Source of the DNA: a virus
Lineage: Duplodnaviria > Caudoviricetes
IMG/VR virus record: IMGVR_UViG_3300008116_000483
Coordinates: 1 to 25,634 of that record
Strand: one strand, 5' to 3'
Length of the DNA: 25,634 nucleotides
The notes under the pieces were generated by a model. It did not search any database. It was not told where the DNA came from and saw only the letters and a list, made by a program, of their open reading frames with translations. Positions 10,501 to 19,723 of the stretch are shown here, in pieces; the first letter of the stretch is position 1; every line of letters starts with the position of its first letter. Position numbers and translations under genes: made by a program.

Positions 10501-11377
10501 GGGTAAACTCTTGGATGCTAATGGGAATGTTATAAAAAATAAAGCTGGGGAGGATGCCGACTTGTATGATATGATAATACAAGATTCTAAGGGCAAGTGG
10601 ATCGTTGACCCACAGGTAGCTAATTTCAGCTTACCAAAATTTGTTGCAAAAGTGTCTGCTATGTCTAAGTCACTTAACCAATTAAGAGGAAGTGTTGATG
10701 TTGTAGCAGCTCAACGTAGAAGTATACCTAGGCTTATGCTTCTCTTTAGAAGTTATTTTGTCCCAGGTCTACGTAGAAGATTTGGGTACCTCGATGGGGC
10801 ACATATTGATGTAGAAAGTGGGGAGCTTACAAATGGGTATTATAATACATTTTTTGGGGCATTGATGAACTTATATTATACAAAGAGTTTATCGAAAACA
10901 TACACGAATCTTACTCCATCAGAAAGAAAGAATATGCATAGAGCCCTAATGGAGTTTACATTTGTAATACTCGCAGGGATAGTAGCTAGTACAGTTAGGG
11001 GAATGTTTGATGATGACGATGAGAAAAACCCATATTGGGCTGGATTTGTGATGTATCAAGCTCTAAGACTTAATACAGAATTATCTTCATTCCTTGACCC
11101 ATTAGAGTTTATTAGGATGGCTCAAAGTCCTACAGCTACATTTACTCCTGTTAAAAATGCATTTGAATTACTTGGAACTACAACAAATACAATAGGATAT
11201 GGTGTTGGATTTCCAGGTATAGACGAGAAAGATGTTTTTTATCAAAGACAATCTGGAATTTATGAAAAGGGAGATTTAAAGATTACAAAAGAACTTACAG
11301 ATGTTCTCCCATTATTTTCAGGTGTTTCTAAATCTTTAGATCCTGAAAGAATAGCTAAATTCTATGAAGATAATTAA
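7562..11377 (+). CDS. Giant virion cargo/ejection protein, helical, with C-terminal hydrophobic segments
   Basis: 1271 aa, last gene of the + strand block after the vRNAP. Coiled-coil-like N-terminal part and hydrophobic stretch ALMEFTFVILAGIVASTV. Function inferred from position and size. Confidence 0.65.
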   Translation: MACVYTVNGVGDLLATSVFQLVEDINPESRTPEMIEDILLSEKVIIDTAEGNRILNPINQSEALSKIDDLNTIAVKNFNTDINNPLIRTIRIGKNYKILVDYNVLKRLKKIDQDVYDFTTKITEPQDGETGEYYTAEQIYADSIESKSEEIESIREDGKALTELLIQKLEGEIRRLQESAVKAGKRRSDQVSLKQKEIQAIINKIKKSHQNIEDLYTIVHYLHDMSVKAESQMKAIEDIYEKQNALGRVDNAAREALLRKVSELKQTIDAFYSNNTSRSAITLLGTQVTRILSAGMTNRTAAAQDLLEYINNAEARMRNIDSKFLDSVLPIHVDYLLEYAPIDINTQLNAKITRIKENKVLVDFNRFDVRYLKARAQGFEAMLELNIKQLQDKMIGREAILSELKSTHREAGFFSTWLDPIVYNRKTSIQLFANAVKGKLFEAYQSTIDTKYELAPAYRKFVDYKGVGEDNVEKLYEDIIEEISISTRGKDGERKIQKVMAFVQRYNVTKFNENLTSIYNTLKEQFNFPKDADPIDKDKWFKSPEGIDYQNAIDRWWKENTVPTENAEEELAILVNARLAVGDEIANFQGSESDLASLYRKAYTLEAEMRSVYSNNTFKGRLAVPNNSYINEKFTQMPAEAREYYDLLLETYKNDQLDKIGGTYQYKNSWDNFSYLLPSIGISAAEKLYSGNGVISSAKRLVADGATFQETDTEFGELVSLNGEKLKLIPLHFAGTMSSNLVSKDVTNSIIKFNDMANRFKSKSEINGVVNIMRSALENRKRTVMLPTGDFATEYYAEKHGIKKLYENINTQAGLSGDLIQLNEWLESIFYDKQSAEQFKDGLSTTKITSALTSFTAIGALGLNVPQAFNQYIMDNVVATQEAVSGGYFTAASLGKAKLYMGNSIGNLMESASGKMTKSNKIGGFLELVNAFQEGSQSFENLTGSAAKKASSVNSLTFMQKAADISMMGEKVLAMAFEYEGKLLDANGNVIKNKAGEDADLYDMIIQDSKGKWIVDPQVANFSLPKFVAKVSAMSKSLNQLRGSVDVVAAQRRSIPRLMLLFRSYFVPGLRRRFGYLDGAHIDVESGELTNGYYNTFFGALMNLYYTKSLSKTYTNLTPSERKNMHRALMEFTFVILAGIVASTVRGMFDDDDEKNPYWAGFVMYQALRLNTELSSFLDPLEFIRMAQSPTATFTPVKNAFELLGTTTNTIGYGVGFPGIDEKDVFYQRQSGIYEKGDLKITKELTDVLPLFSGVSKSLDPERIAKFYEDN

Positions 11378-11385
11378 TGAAATAT

Positions 11386-11450
11386 AAAAAAGCTTAGTCC
11401 CCTTTTACAGGGACTAAGCCTTTCTTATAGGGGACTATGTCCCCTTTTTT
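11386..11450. terminator. Tandem hairpins forming a bidirectional intrinsic terminator between the convergent blocks
   Basis: AAAAAA-GCTTAGTCCC(11392-11401)-8 nt loop-GGGACTAAGC(11410-11419), then AGGGGAC(11429-11435)-TAT-GTCCCCT(11439-11445)-TTTTT. Confidence 0.85.
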
Positions 11451-11791
11451 CATCTCTTACTTTTAGTCAAAGCTACTTGCAGAAGCAGTAAATACCCTAT
11501 CAAGTCTTTGACTGAATCTTCAGTGTCTTCAGTAATTCCACTATTAGATATTCTGCTTAGTTTATCATCAATTCTTACACACAATCCCTCCATAGCACTT
11601 ACGTTAGAAAATAAACGTAAGGGATTCAGAGCAGAATTTCCGTATGCAGTATTCTTACTGTTCAGCATTTCAATAATCTCATCTGCTATTTCTTTAGCTC
11701 TCATTACTGTTGGGTCAGTATAGCTCTTTTGCCCTTTGTACGAGAAAGTCTCTGGGCCTGTGTTTTGCTGAAACCAAATACCGTCGCTCAT
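11450..11791 (-). CDS. DUF1599 / nucleotide-modification-associated domain protein
   Basis: KNxxYG...RIxDKxxR...EDSxxDLIGY pattern. Confidence 0.72.
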   Translation of the reverse strand: MSDGIWFQQNTGPETFSYKGQKSYTDPTVMRAKEIADEIIEMLNSKNTAYGNSALNPLRLFSNVSAMEGLCVRIDDKLSRISNSGITEDTEDSVKDLIGYLLLLQVALTKSKR

Positions 11792-11812
11792 GATTTTTAT
11801 TTTTAGGAGGTT

Positions 11813-12493
11813 TTACTGAATCCAATTGATGGGCTCTAGGCCCTTAGCTTTCAACATTTCGTTTACTTGCTTAAAATGATTATTCCCAAAATATCCCCCA
11901 CTTCCATAAGCTTCAGCTGCTGGATGTGCACATTTTAGGATATTACATGAAGGAATAAGGTAGCTAAAGCTTTGTGCATGTTTACCCCAAAGAATAAAGA
12001 TAACATCATCGCATTTAGAATTGCAGATTGTAGATAAAACATCTGCTGTCCACCATGCCCACAGTCTTTGATGAGAACCTGGGTTATTCTTTGCTACTGT
12101 AAGGTATGTGTTGAGTAATAATACACCTTGACTAGCCCAAGAATACAGAGAATAATCAAACTTAGATATGTCTAAATCTGGGTATTCGTCATGCAATTCC
12201 TTGACTATTACTTTTAGACTTGGGGGAACTTTTGATACAGACGTGTCTACCCCGAAACAAACACCTATAGCCTCTCCACGATGATAAGGATCCTGACCGA
12301 GGATTACAACTTTGAGATCTTTAAATTGACAGAGCTCAAAAGCTTTGAATATCTTATCATCCGAAGGATATATGGTTGTTCTAGATTTCTCAACTCTGAG
12401 CTGACTACGAATATGATCAAAAGAAGAGTTGGAGAAATGAGGGGACAATATGTCCCCCCAATCTCCTAATTGATTCTTAAGTCTTTCGGTCAT
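11813..12493 (-). CDS. ung: Uracil-DNA glycosylase (family 1)
   Basis: ILGQDPYH, VPPSL, GVLLLN, PGSH, LWG and HP motifs. Confidence 0.95.
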   Translation of the reverse strand: MTERLKNQLGDWGDILSPHFSNSSFDHIRSQLRVEKSRTTIYPSDDKIFKAFELCQFKDLKVVILGQDPYHRGEAIGVCFGVDTSVSKVPPSLKVIVKELHDEYPDLDISKFDYSLYSWASQGVLLLNTYLTVAKNNPGSHQRLWAWWTADVLSTICNSKCDDVIFILWGKHAQSFSYLIPSCNILKCAHPAAEAYGSGGYFGNNHFKQVNEMLKAKGLEPINWIQ

Positions 12494-13263
12494 TTAGATT
12501 TATCGATAGATGATTTTATGCTTGGGGCATAAAATTCAAAATTCAGTTCTTCTACATTGCGGTCTATAATGCTGTGTAATTCAGTGTCTTCAGATAACGT
12601 AATATCTAGATTCTCCTCAATCTTATTTCTAAGTCTAGAGTCCCTGAATAGTATTTGCCCAGTGTGCCCATCAATATCAAACCCATGAAAATCTAAGATC
12701 TTTAGTTTCCATAGGTCATCAATCTCAGAATACCTCCCATTCACAAAGTGATTGTAAGAGGCTTTAGCTTCCTCTGGGACATTAAAGACAAATACTACAT
12801 GATAAGGATCTGGATCATATCTATTAGAGAATGTTCTGAATGAGCATAATGCAGATTCAAACTTCGTAAATAGAATATTCCCTGAGAATCTATACAGCAA
12901 TGCAATACATTCTGGGTTATCTGGGACTGCAATAAATGCATTCATAAACATTGAATCCCAAAGCATCAATCGTCTGTTACCCCCAAGGAAAGGAAATGCA
13001 AATATGCTAGAATTGTTTACCATACAAACAATAATATCATATGCTACAAGTCCTTGTTGAGTGATAACAGCTTTTATATAATTTACCTTATACGGTGTTT
13101 TCCCTGCTCTCACAGTATCCCCTATCTTGAGTTTGTATTCCTCATAATACAATGCCTGTATCTGAGAATCCTCTACATCCTGCATCAGCATAGATATAGT
13201 CCCAACGAGTCTAGCTTGTCTAGAATTGACAACTACGACGGATATGTGAAATGGCTGTGTCAT
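12490..13263 (-). CDS. Hypothetical phage protein
   Basis: 257-aa ORF coupled by 4-nt overlaps to both neighbours; no motif recognised. Confidence 0.75.
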   Translation of the reverse strand: MTQPFHISVVVVNSRQARLVGTISMLMQDVEDSQIQALYYEEYKLKIGDTVRAGKTPYKVNYIKAVITQQGLVAYDIIVCMVNNSSIFAFPFLGGNRRLMLWDSMFMNAFIAVPDNPECIALLYRFSGNILFTKFESALCSFRTFSNRYDPDPYHVVFVFNVPEEAKASYNHFVNGRYSEIDDLWKLKILDFHGFDIDGHTGQILFRDSRLRNKIEENLDITLSEDTELHSIIDRNVEELNFEFYAPSIKSSIDKSK

Positions 13264-14069
13264 TCGTCCCAGAGATTTACTTGTGAAGGTATATCATCTG
13301 AGACCAACTTCTCAAATCTTCGTTCTAAAATTTCTGGGGCTTTTGGGAGTAGGTTGATTCTGAAAAACCATGTTATATCAGAGTCATCCTTGAGCAATTT
13401 TACAAGTGAAAACGATTGATAGAACTTTCTAACACCTTCAGTTGACCCAAACTTGTCAATATACTGTTTGAGTGCGAAGACTTCAAAGTCTTTGGTGCGT
13501 CCTTTCAACCAATTATCAGCTGTTTTCTCTCCAACACCTGGAAGTCCAGGTATGTTGTCTGTACTGTCTCCCATAAGCACCTGTTTCCAAAGAAAACTAG
13601 TTGCTTCTTCTTCAGTAGTTTCGATAAATTGAGCTGTCCGATAATTATAATGAGTTCCAACACACTGATAGAGTACATCTTTATCTGGGGAACAAATAAT
13701 GGGGGTGGCTATATTAAATGTAGTGAGAGCATTAGAATAATAACTTACTAAGTCATCTGCTTCTAATCCTTCTACTGCTGTAAAACCCCATTCCTTCTTA
13801 AGATACTCTACCAAAGACGGAAAGATGATCGGACGATCACCCTTTCGTTTACGCTTTGCCTTGTATAGAAAGTCTACGTTATATCTGAAACATCTTCCTT
13901 CTGTCAAGAATGCTACATACCGATTGGTATTGCATTTTGCTAGAATGTCAGAGAGTCTCTCGTCGAGGCCTTTACAAGCTTCTTCGAAAGACTCTCTTCC
14001 CATTTCATAATACAACAAGGAATCTCCATCTATAAGACAAACGTTGTCTAGTTTTCCTTGTTCTATCAC
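13260..14069 (-). CDS. 5'-3' exonuclease / flap endonuclease (PIN-like, T7 gp6/T4 RNase H type)
   Basis: LIDGDS, EADD, SPDKD and H3TH motif GDSTDNIPGLPGVGEKTA. Confidence 0.92.
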   Translation of the reverse strand: MIEQGKLDNVCLIDGDSLLYYEMGRESFEEACKGLDERLSDILAKCNTNRYVAFLTEGRCFRYNVDFLYKAKRKRKGDRPIIFPSLVEYLKKEWGFTAVEGLEADDLVSYYSNALTTFNIATPIICSPDKDVLYQCVGTHYNYRTAQFIETTEEEATSFLWKQVLMGDSTDNIPGLPGVGEKTADNWLKGRTKDFEVFALKQYIDKFGSTEGVRKFYQSFSLVKLLKDDSDITWFFRINLLPKAPEILERRFEKLVSDDIPSQVNLWDE

Positions 14070-14098
14070 TGTGCTTTTATTTACAGATTACACAGTGA

Positions 14099-15343
14099 TT
14101 ACACTCCAAGATCATTATCCTCGTCGTAATCATCATCGTCATACATATCATCCCAATCATCCTCTAACTCGGATTTTAGATCAGAAAGATTCTGTGTAAG
14201 AGCATTCCCAAGAGTATTGTTAAGTTCAATAACAACATCCTTGCGCATCATATCCCACTCTAAGTCTGTTTTAGCAGCATAGGTAGAAGAATGATAGATA
14301 CTCCCATTGACTCCGGCAAGACTAGAATGTACAAAATACTGAAGGCAACGAATAGCTCCGTTATCATGATCAGGAATAGCCCCGATATGCATAGGATCTA
14401 CAAACACATTGTGAATCTCTCCCTGATATCCATTGATATAGTAGAGACCCCCAACATGCAATCCAGGAACACAAGATCTTGTATCATCTGTGTTTACTTT
14501 ATCCCAAGAATCGAGATAGTGAACACATCCAACCTTGATAAAGTGCCCAGGATCTGCAAATCCGTTATTCCCTTCGCATGCAAAAGCATCTCCTCTATTC
14601 CCCATAACAGCGGGCTCAAAGAGTCGATCTTCTACAAACTCAGGTAATCCTTCAGATTTAATTTTCCCTGTGTTTACATCGAAAGTTCTAGTGTATCTAG
14701 GAACTTTCTCCCCAGTTTCCTCATCATACTTATGCATGATTTCTCTGGAGACTTTGTACCCATTGAGCAATCCCTCTTTCGTGATCTTGATCTGATAGAT
14801 AGTTGCTCTACGTTCAGCGATATCTTCACTAAGACCATGAGCTGACATTAGTTCTTCTTTCAACTCGGGGTGAACATATTTCATGTTCACAAAGTTGAAG
14901 AACCTATCTGAGAAATCCTTCCCAGTCCCATTCTTCATCTTAGCTGCAAGAACAGGATTCCGTAACCATCTCATCCATAATTTGATGAGAGGCATGAAAT
15001 CCACATCTGCATCCATAGACTCGTAGATACGATCTACAAGGGCTTTGGGCATAGGAATTTTAGATAGCTGTCCTTCATAGTTTAAGAAGAACTGCCCAGT
15101 TACATTGTTTACACTGATGTAAGGGCACTTAGATTGCACAATTTTAGCATAATCCTTAGCTGGGTTTAAGATAGCCATAAGTCTATCTACATGTGCATCA
15201 TACTCTTCTTTTGTGTTAGAAGTGTTAGCTAAGTCTGCAATGGTATTAATCTCATTGTAGAGACTTGAAGAATACTCAACCATGAATGGTTTTTCCCCAA
15301 TAGAACCTACAATGCACCCATTGATTAGATTGATGTTAATCAT
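14099..15343 (-). CDS. rIIB-like protein
   Basis: GYKV...SCVPGLHVG...VFVDPMHIGAIPD...RCLQY resembles the rIIB C-terminal core. Coupled to an rIIA-like gene; acidic tail. Confidence 0.75.
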   Translation of the reverse strand: MININLINGCIVGSIGEKPFMVEYSSSLYNEINTIADLANTSNTKEEYDAHVDRLMAILNPAKDYAKIVQSKCPYISVNNVTGQFFLNYEGQLSKIPMPKALVDRIYESMDADVDFMPLIKLWMRWLRNPVLAAKMKNGTGKDFSDRFFNFVNMKYVHPELKEELMSAHGLSEDIAERRATIYQIKITKEGLLNGYKVSREIMHKYDEETGEKVPRYTRTFDVNTGKIKSEGLPEFVEDRLFEPAVMGNRGDAFACEGNNGFADPGHFIKVGCVHYLDSWDKVNTDDTRSCVPGLHVGGLYYINGYQGEIHNVFVDPMHIGAIPDHDNGAIRCLQYFVHSSLAGVNGSIYHSSTYAAKTDLEWDMMRKDVVIELNNTLGNALTQNLSDLKSELEDDWDDMYDDDDYDEDNDLGV

Positions 15344-18014
15344 CGTTAGAGATTTTTAAGATGTCTTTAATAATAGCAACTGCAGAGGGGAGACAGGCCG
15401 GAATCTGCATATCTAATTTACCCCTTACTTTTAGATATGCTTCCATTTCATTTATAAACTCAGTAGTATCAGTCTCTCTAGAATTTTCATAAATGTTATC
15501 TAACAATATTGACACTGTTTCTGTAAATTCTTTCACAAAGGTATTGATTTCCAGGATATCATCGTAGAAAACATCAATATCTTTTATATCCAAATGAAAT
15601 AGTTCTCTTAGCTTTTCTGCAATTAAATCATCTCTATTAACATCATTTAAGACCTTCAATTTATACTTAGAAAATCTAACTATATTTTTCCATAGTTCAC
15701 ATTCGTGGTAGTTATCTATTAGTATATCATCAATATAGTCATTCATAGCAGATATTACAAAGGCAACATCTTTAAATTCTGGGTTTATATCTTTTATGTA
15801 ATTAAACCAATGTTTTAGTCTTGGGACTTCTTGATTGGTTATAATCAATTTTAAGAAAGGATTTAGACTTAATGTCCCATCCCCATTATCTTCCCAGAAT
15901 AGATGCGATATGTGCTTAATATTAGGATTTAAGTCTAGAAGTTCTTCTGTTTTTTCACTTACTTGAATCAACTGAACTCTAAAATCAGGGTTTGATAATC
16001 TCCTTTTAATTACTTTAGTATCTGGGAAATGCTGGAATCTAGTTGGGAGTTTATCCCAGTAATATGAGTTATCCTGATACCAATTCCATCTATTATGTTC
16101 GTATTTATAACTAAATACTTTGAATAGATAGAATGCTGCTACAAGCTCTTGATGATCTTCCTTTGTACAATAGTATGTTGGGGTTTGTGAAGATAGCAAT
16201 AAACTTGTTTTAGGCTCAACTTTGTCAAGTACAATCTCAGTACGAGTTCTACGTGCATCTTCTCGCAGTGTGTGTATTACACTATTCCCTTCTAGTTTCC
16301 TACGTTCTGCAGGAGACATATCCCTAAATGACTTCGTTACATCCTCAAGATTTATTGGGGGTTTGAAGTCTTCAGGAATCTCTACATCATCATAGGACTT
16401 ATAGTATTTAGACTTCTTAATAAAGTCAAGTACTATTTGTTCCTCAGCTCTAGCTTTAATAAATAATGCATTCCCTTTAACTTCATCACTAATCCCATTC
16501 AGCTTAGAAGTATTCTCTCTTAAGATATAGATAGCAGCATTGTCTATATTTTCACTCTGAGACAATAAGTAATAGTCTTTTACCTGGCTTCTACGATCGT
16601 CTAATACATAGAAATTATTTAGATCTATAAGACTCCACTGAAATACATCTGATAGTTGAAGACCAACTCCTCTAACATTGACTTTATATACGCTGTAATA
16701 AGGCAATGCACTTGATAAAGTCTTGTAAACTATAGAGTTATTAAGACTAAATCTTGGAGTTATCTTCTCTAAACTTAAGAATCTGGCAAGTTTCCCAACT
16801 AATAAAATAGACTTTGACTCATCATTGTTCCCAGTTATTGTGGGATTAACAATGATAGAGCACTTCTTTGTCCACTCTAAGAAATCAGTCTCAGACTGCA
16901 GCTCAGTATCAATAAGACCTGCAATCTCATCATGAGCTTTATCTATCAGTTCTTCAATATATCTCTTGGTCTTGTCATTCCAAATAACTTTCTCACGGCT
17001 TGGGGTAACTTCAACCCCATCTTGAATAACATGCTCTACTCTGTCAGAGTCAATATAAGATTGTCGTATGGGGCACTTTAAACCAACAGCCCCAAACAAT
17101 TGCTCCATCTCTAACTCTCTAAACTCTATGTGTCCGTAGTTTATCCCAGTGTTTGCTTCTGGGGATTTTACAATGACAATATGAGGTTTAGAGTAATACC
17201 CTCCATCAGATACTATAATGTTTGAAGAAGTGTCTTCTTCTTTGTAGAAAAATCTTAGTCCGGGAATGTACATCAATTGATCTTCAACGGCTTCACTAAA
17301 CTTATATCTATTGTGTCTCTTTACCCCAAAAGATATCTTAGTGTAGTTCTTCCCTGAATAGTTCTTGTAATAAGCAATATTATCATCGTTTAGACGTATC
17401 TCCCCATCTGATTCCCATTTAGAAATCATGAAGACAGTCTTGTAAGGGAAGCACTGAAACTTTACATACTTCCCATTGTATGCACTCTCTACGACGTAGA
17501 AATCTACCCCAGTAGACAATGCAACCTTGCTTCCTAAACCGAAAGCTCCAAAGTTCTCAGAGGTATTACGCTTTGTAGAATATCCAAGCTCGGACATTCC
17601 AATAAGGCGGTTACCCCCAACTCCAACACCGTAATCTTTGACTGAGAATTCATCGCAGAAACCTATCCCCTCGTTCTCAATATATGTTAGTTCAACATCA
17701 TTGTTTTCTAAATCCAGGTAATTGAGATCATAATATGATTTGTCAAAGTTTGAATCCTTATACTGCTCATCATCTCTTTGAATATAGTAATCCTCTATAG
17801 ATTTATTCCCTGTAAGAATATCCACTGCAATTTCTTTCTCCCTCTGTGCATCTAGTGCATTTGTAGCTAATTCTCTTACGGTAGAGGAGATGGGGGTAGA
17901 ATACTGAGTAGCCTGCAGAATATCAAATACTAGACGTTCTGCGCCTTTGTTTATCTTTTTCTCTATTCCTATAGAGTTAGAAGTAACATTACTCCCAATT
18001 GTTTTTATGCTCAT
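15336..18014 (-). CDS. rIIA-like protein with N-terminal GHKL (HATPase) domain
   Basis: VRELATNALDA, VKDYGVG, YSTKR, GAFGLGSK GHKL motifs and later TPSRE; immediately upstream of the rIIB-like gene. Confidence 0.8.
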   Translation of the reverse strand: MSIKTIGSNVTSNSIGIEKKINKGAERLVFDILQATQYSTPISSTVRELATNALDAQREKEIAVDILTGNKSIEDYYIQRDDEQYKDSNFDKSYYDLNYLDLENNDVELTYIENEGIGFCDEFSVKDYGVGVGGNRLIGMSELGYSTKRNTSENFGAFGLGSKVALSTGVDFYVVESAYNGKYVKFQCFPYKTVFMISKWESDGEIRLNDDNIAYYKNYSGKNYTKISFGVKRHNRYKFSEAVEDQLMYIPGLRFFYKEEDTSSNIIVSDGGYYSKPHIVIVKSPEANTGINYGHIEFRELEMEQLFGAVGLKCPIRQSYIDSDRVEHVIQDGVEVTPSREKVIWNDKTKRYIEELIDKAHDEIAGLIDTELQSETDFLEWTKKCSIIVNPTITGNNDESKSILLVGKLARFLSLEKITPRFSLNNSIVYKTLSSALPYYSVYKVNVRGVGLQLSDVFQWSLIDLNNFYVLDDRRSQVKDYYLLSQSENIDNAAIYILRENTSKLNGISDEVKGNALFIKARAEEQIVLDFIKKSKYYKSYDDVEIPEDFKPPINLEDVTKSFRDMSPAERRKLEGNSVIHTLREDARRTRTEIVLDKVEPKTSLLLSSQTPTYYCTKEDHQELVAAFYLFKVFSYKYEHNRWNWYQDNSYYWDKLPTRFQHFPDTKVIKRRLSNPDFRVQLIQVSEKTEELLDLNPNIKHISHLFWEDNGDGTLSLNPFLKLIITNQEVPRLKHWFNYIKDINPEFKDVAFVISAMNDYIDDILIDNYHECELWKNIVRFSKYKLKVLNDVNRDDLIAEKLRELFHLDIKDIDVFYDDILEINTFVKEFTETVSILLDNIYENSRETDTTEFINEMEAYLKVRGKLDMQIPACLPSAVAIIKDILKISNDD

Positions 18015-18047
18015 GGATTGTAGGTATTATAAACAAAAAACCCCAAC

Positions 18048-18536
18048 TTACGTTGAGGCTTTTATTGCTTGGATAAGCTCTATAGTCTTTAGAACCTGAT
18101 TTTGATTCCGTGGGACATATAGTTTGGGAGGGTTTCCGTTTCGCAAAAGTAGCTCTTTAAACATTTTCCATTTCATTGGGAAACGTTCATTTGCATACCC
18201 CTTACACTCAATTACCCACCTCCCTTGGGGATCTGTAAAATCTGGAGTGTAAGTTATATCTCTGACTTTATATGCTTGCTTGTCATTAAACCCAGTCTTT
18301 CCATTGTCTTCGAAAGATTCTTCTGGGTAATAAAAGCCTTCCATAAGAACATATTTGTGTTGTTCATACTCAAACTTTAGTCCTGACTCCTTAAGTTTAG
18401 AGTAGCAGAAAGCTTCAAGCAAACTCTTGAATTTAATTCCATCTACTTCTAATCGCTTTGCATTCCTTACTCTCCCACGGTTGGGACTAGGATTTCGTAC
18501 AGTTCCGGATCTAAGTCTTTTATTTCTTGAAGCCAC
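18048..18536 (-). CDS. PD-(D/E)XK endonuclease (DUF1064 / T7 endonuclease I-like)
   Basis: DGIKFKSLLE...YTPDF...IECKG. Confidence 0.82.
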   Translation of the reverse strand: MASRNKRLRSGTVRNPSPNRGRVRNAKRLEVDGIKFKSLLEAFCYSKLKESGLKFEYEQHKYVLMEGFYYPEESFEDNGKTGFNDKQAYKVRDITYTPDFTDPQGRWVIECKGYANERFPMKWKMFKELLLRNGNPPKLYVPRNQNQVLKTIELIQAIKAST

Positions 18537-18682
18537 TCTTTCTCTAGTTTTTTAGCTGTTTCTCTATCCTTTACATCCAACGAGGTTTTCATCCCAACAT
18601 TTGCCATCATTTGCACTGTCTTAAACAGAATTTCGTCTATCCGTTTTCGTATTTCTGGGTTGGATTTATATGAGCCTCGCAT
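18467..18682 (-). CDS. Small hypothetical protein
   Basis: 71-aa helical-looking ORF filling the gap between primase and nuclease, overlapping both. Confidence 0.65.
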   Translation of the reverse strand: MRGSYKSNPEIRKRIDEILFKTVQMMANVGMKTSLDVKDRETAKKLEKEWLQEIKDLDPELYEILVPTVGE

Positions 18683-19659
18683 TGCTGTAAGAATAATTTA
18701 GCTGTTTGCAAACCTTTGTTCTTTATCAAATCAGAGATATCTTTTGATTCGAGTTGTGAAGGTATACAAATATTTATAAAACTAGGATATTTTTCTATTA
18801 TTTTTTTGGCCATAGATTGCCCAGGATTGATCTCAGAAGTGTAATCGTTATCGTAGAGTATCAATAATCTTTGAAAACGTTCCTGTATCTCCCTGAGTAT
18901 GTGTTCTGGTGGCATCTGCATCTCTGATTGAAAAGCAATGGATGCGCGACCAAGCACGTCCAGACACATGACATCCTTGAGGGAACTTGTGATATATAAA
19001 GTTTCCCCATTCTCAGGAACCTGGTTACCCCCTTGGACAACTTCATTCCCAACGTTGCTGAACCATTTGTACGTTTGGTCGTACGGTCTGTAGATTTTGA
19101 ATCCTTCATTGAATTTGAATGCATAGGTTATTGTATCTGCTTTAAATCTGGTGTCGTTTATCCAATAATAGTCTATCGGAAAGACCGCAAATTTAGCTAA
19201 TACTTTCTTTGAGATATGATACTTGGTCCAGAAAATTCTATCATCCTCATTCCAAGATCGGACTCTAATCTTTATTTCTGATTTTCTTCGTGAACTTTCT
19301 CTTCCCAAGCTATGAGAGAATCTATTACCCAAGAGAGTATCATTCCCACTGAAACTGTTAGAAAAATCACGATAAATGATATTGAGAGCCCCAATAAAAT
19401 CGGTGTTATACTTGAAAGCAACATAACTAAAGCAATTAAAGGTGTGTTCCAAATTTCCGAAGTCCTTATATAGTAATTTCCCATTCCACTCAACGATGCT
19501 AACAGTGGGGGAATTATCACGTCTAAGTTCACTTCTGAATTTGACCCCTAATTTAGTGAAATTGCTACAATATCTCCTAAAAATATCATACTCAGTTAAA
19601 TAGCTTAGTATATAGTCAGAATGTAATACTAAGTTGCTGTCTTTATAGTCTACTCCCAT
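18637..19659 (-). CDS. DNA primase (DnaG/TOPRIM type as in crAss-like phages)
   Basis: SELRxDxxP...YKDFG N-terminal region; ITSSLKDVMCL, YDND and KDISD TOPRIM motifs. Start moved from 19725 to ATG 19659 because the upstream stretch contains a terminator hairpin. Confidence 0.82.
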   Translation of the reverse strand: MGVDYKDSNLVLHSDYILSYLTEYDIFRRYCSNFTKLGVKFRSELRRDNSPTVSIVEWNGKLLYKDFGNLEHTFNCFSYVAFKYNTDFIGALNIIYRDFSNSFSGNDTLLGNRFSHSLGRESSRRKSEIKIRVRSWNEDDRIFWTKYHISKKVLAKFAVFPIDYYWINDTRFKADTITYAFKFNEGFKIYRPYDQTYKWFSNVGNEVVQGGNQVPENGETLYITSSLKDVMCLDVLGRASIAFQSEMQMPPEHILREIQERFQRLLILYDNDYTSEINPGQSMAKKIIEKYPSFINICIPSQLESKDISDLIKNKGLQTAKLFLQQCEAHINPTQKYENG

Positions 19660-19686
19660 AGCAATATATTTTATATTTATGGGAAT

Positions 19687-19723
19687 AAAGAAAGGGGGAG
19701 CGAGCTGGTTGCTCGCAACCCCC
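19687..19723 (-). terminator. Intrinsic terminator after the SSB-like gene
   Basis: - strand GGGGG-TT-GCGAGC-AACCA-GCTCGC-T-CCCCC followed by TTTCTTT. Confidence 0.75.

Noticed and set aside
1818-10596. Antisense or alternate-frame ORFs inside the giant genes (1818, 2005, 3926, 4377, 9553, 10201)
   Set aside because: Fully nested shadows of strong genes with no recognisable motifs.
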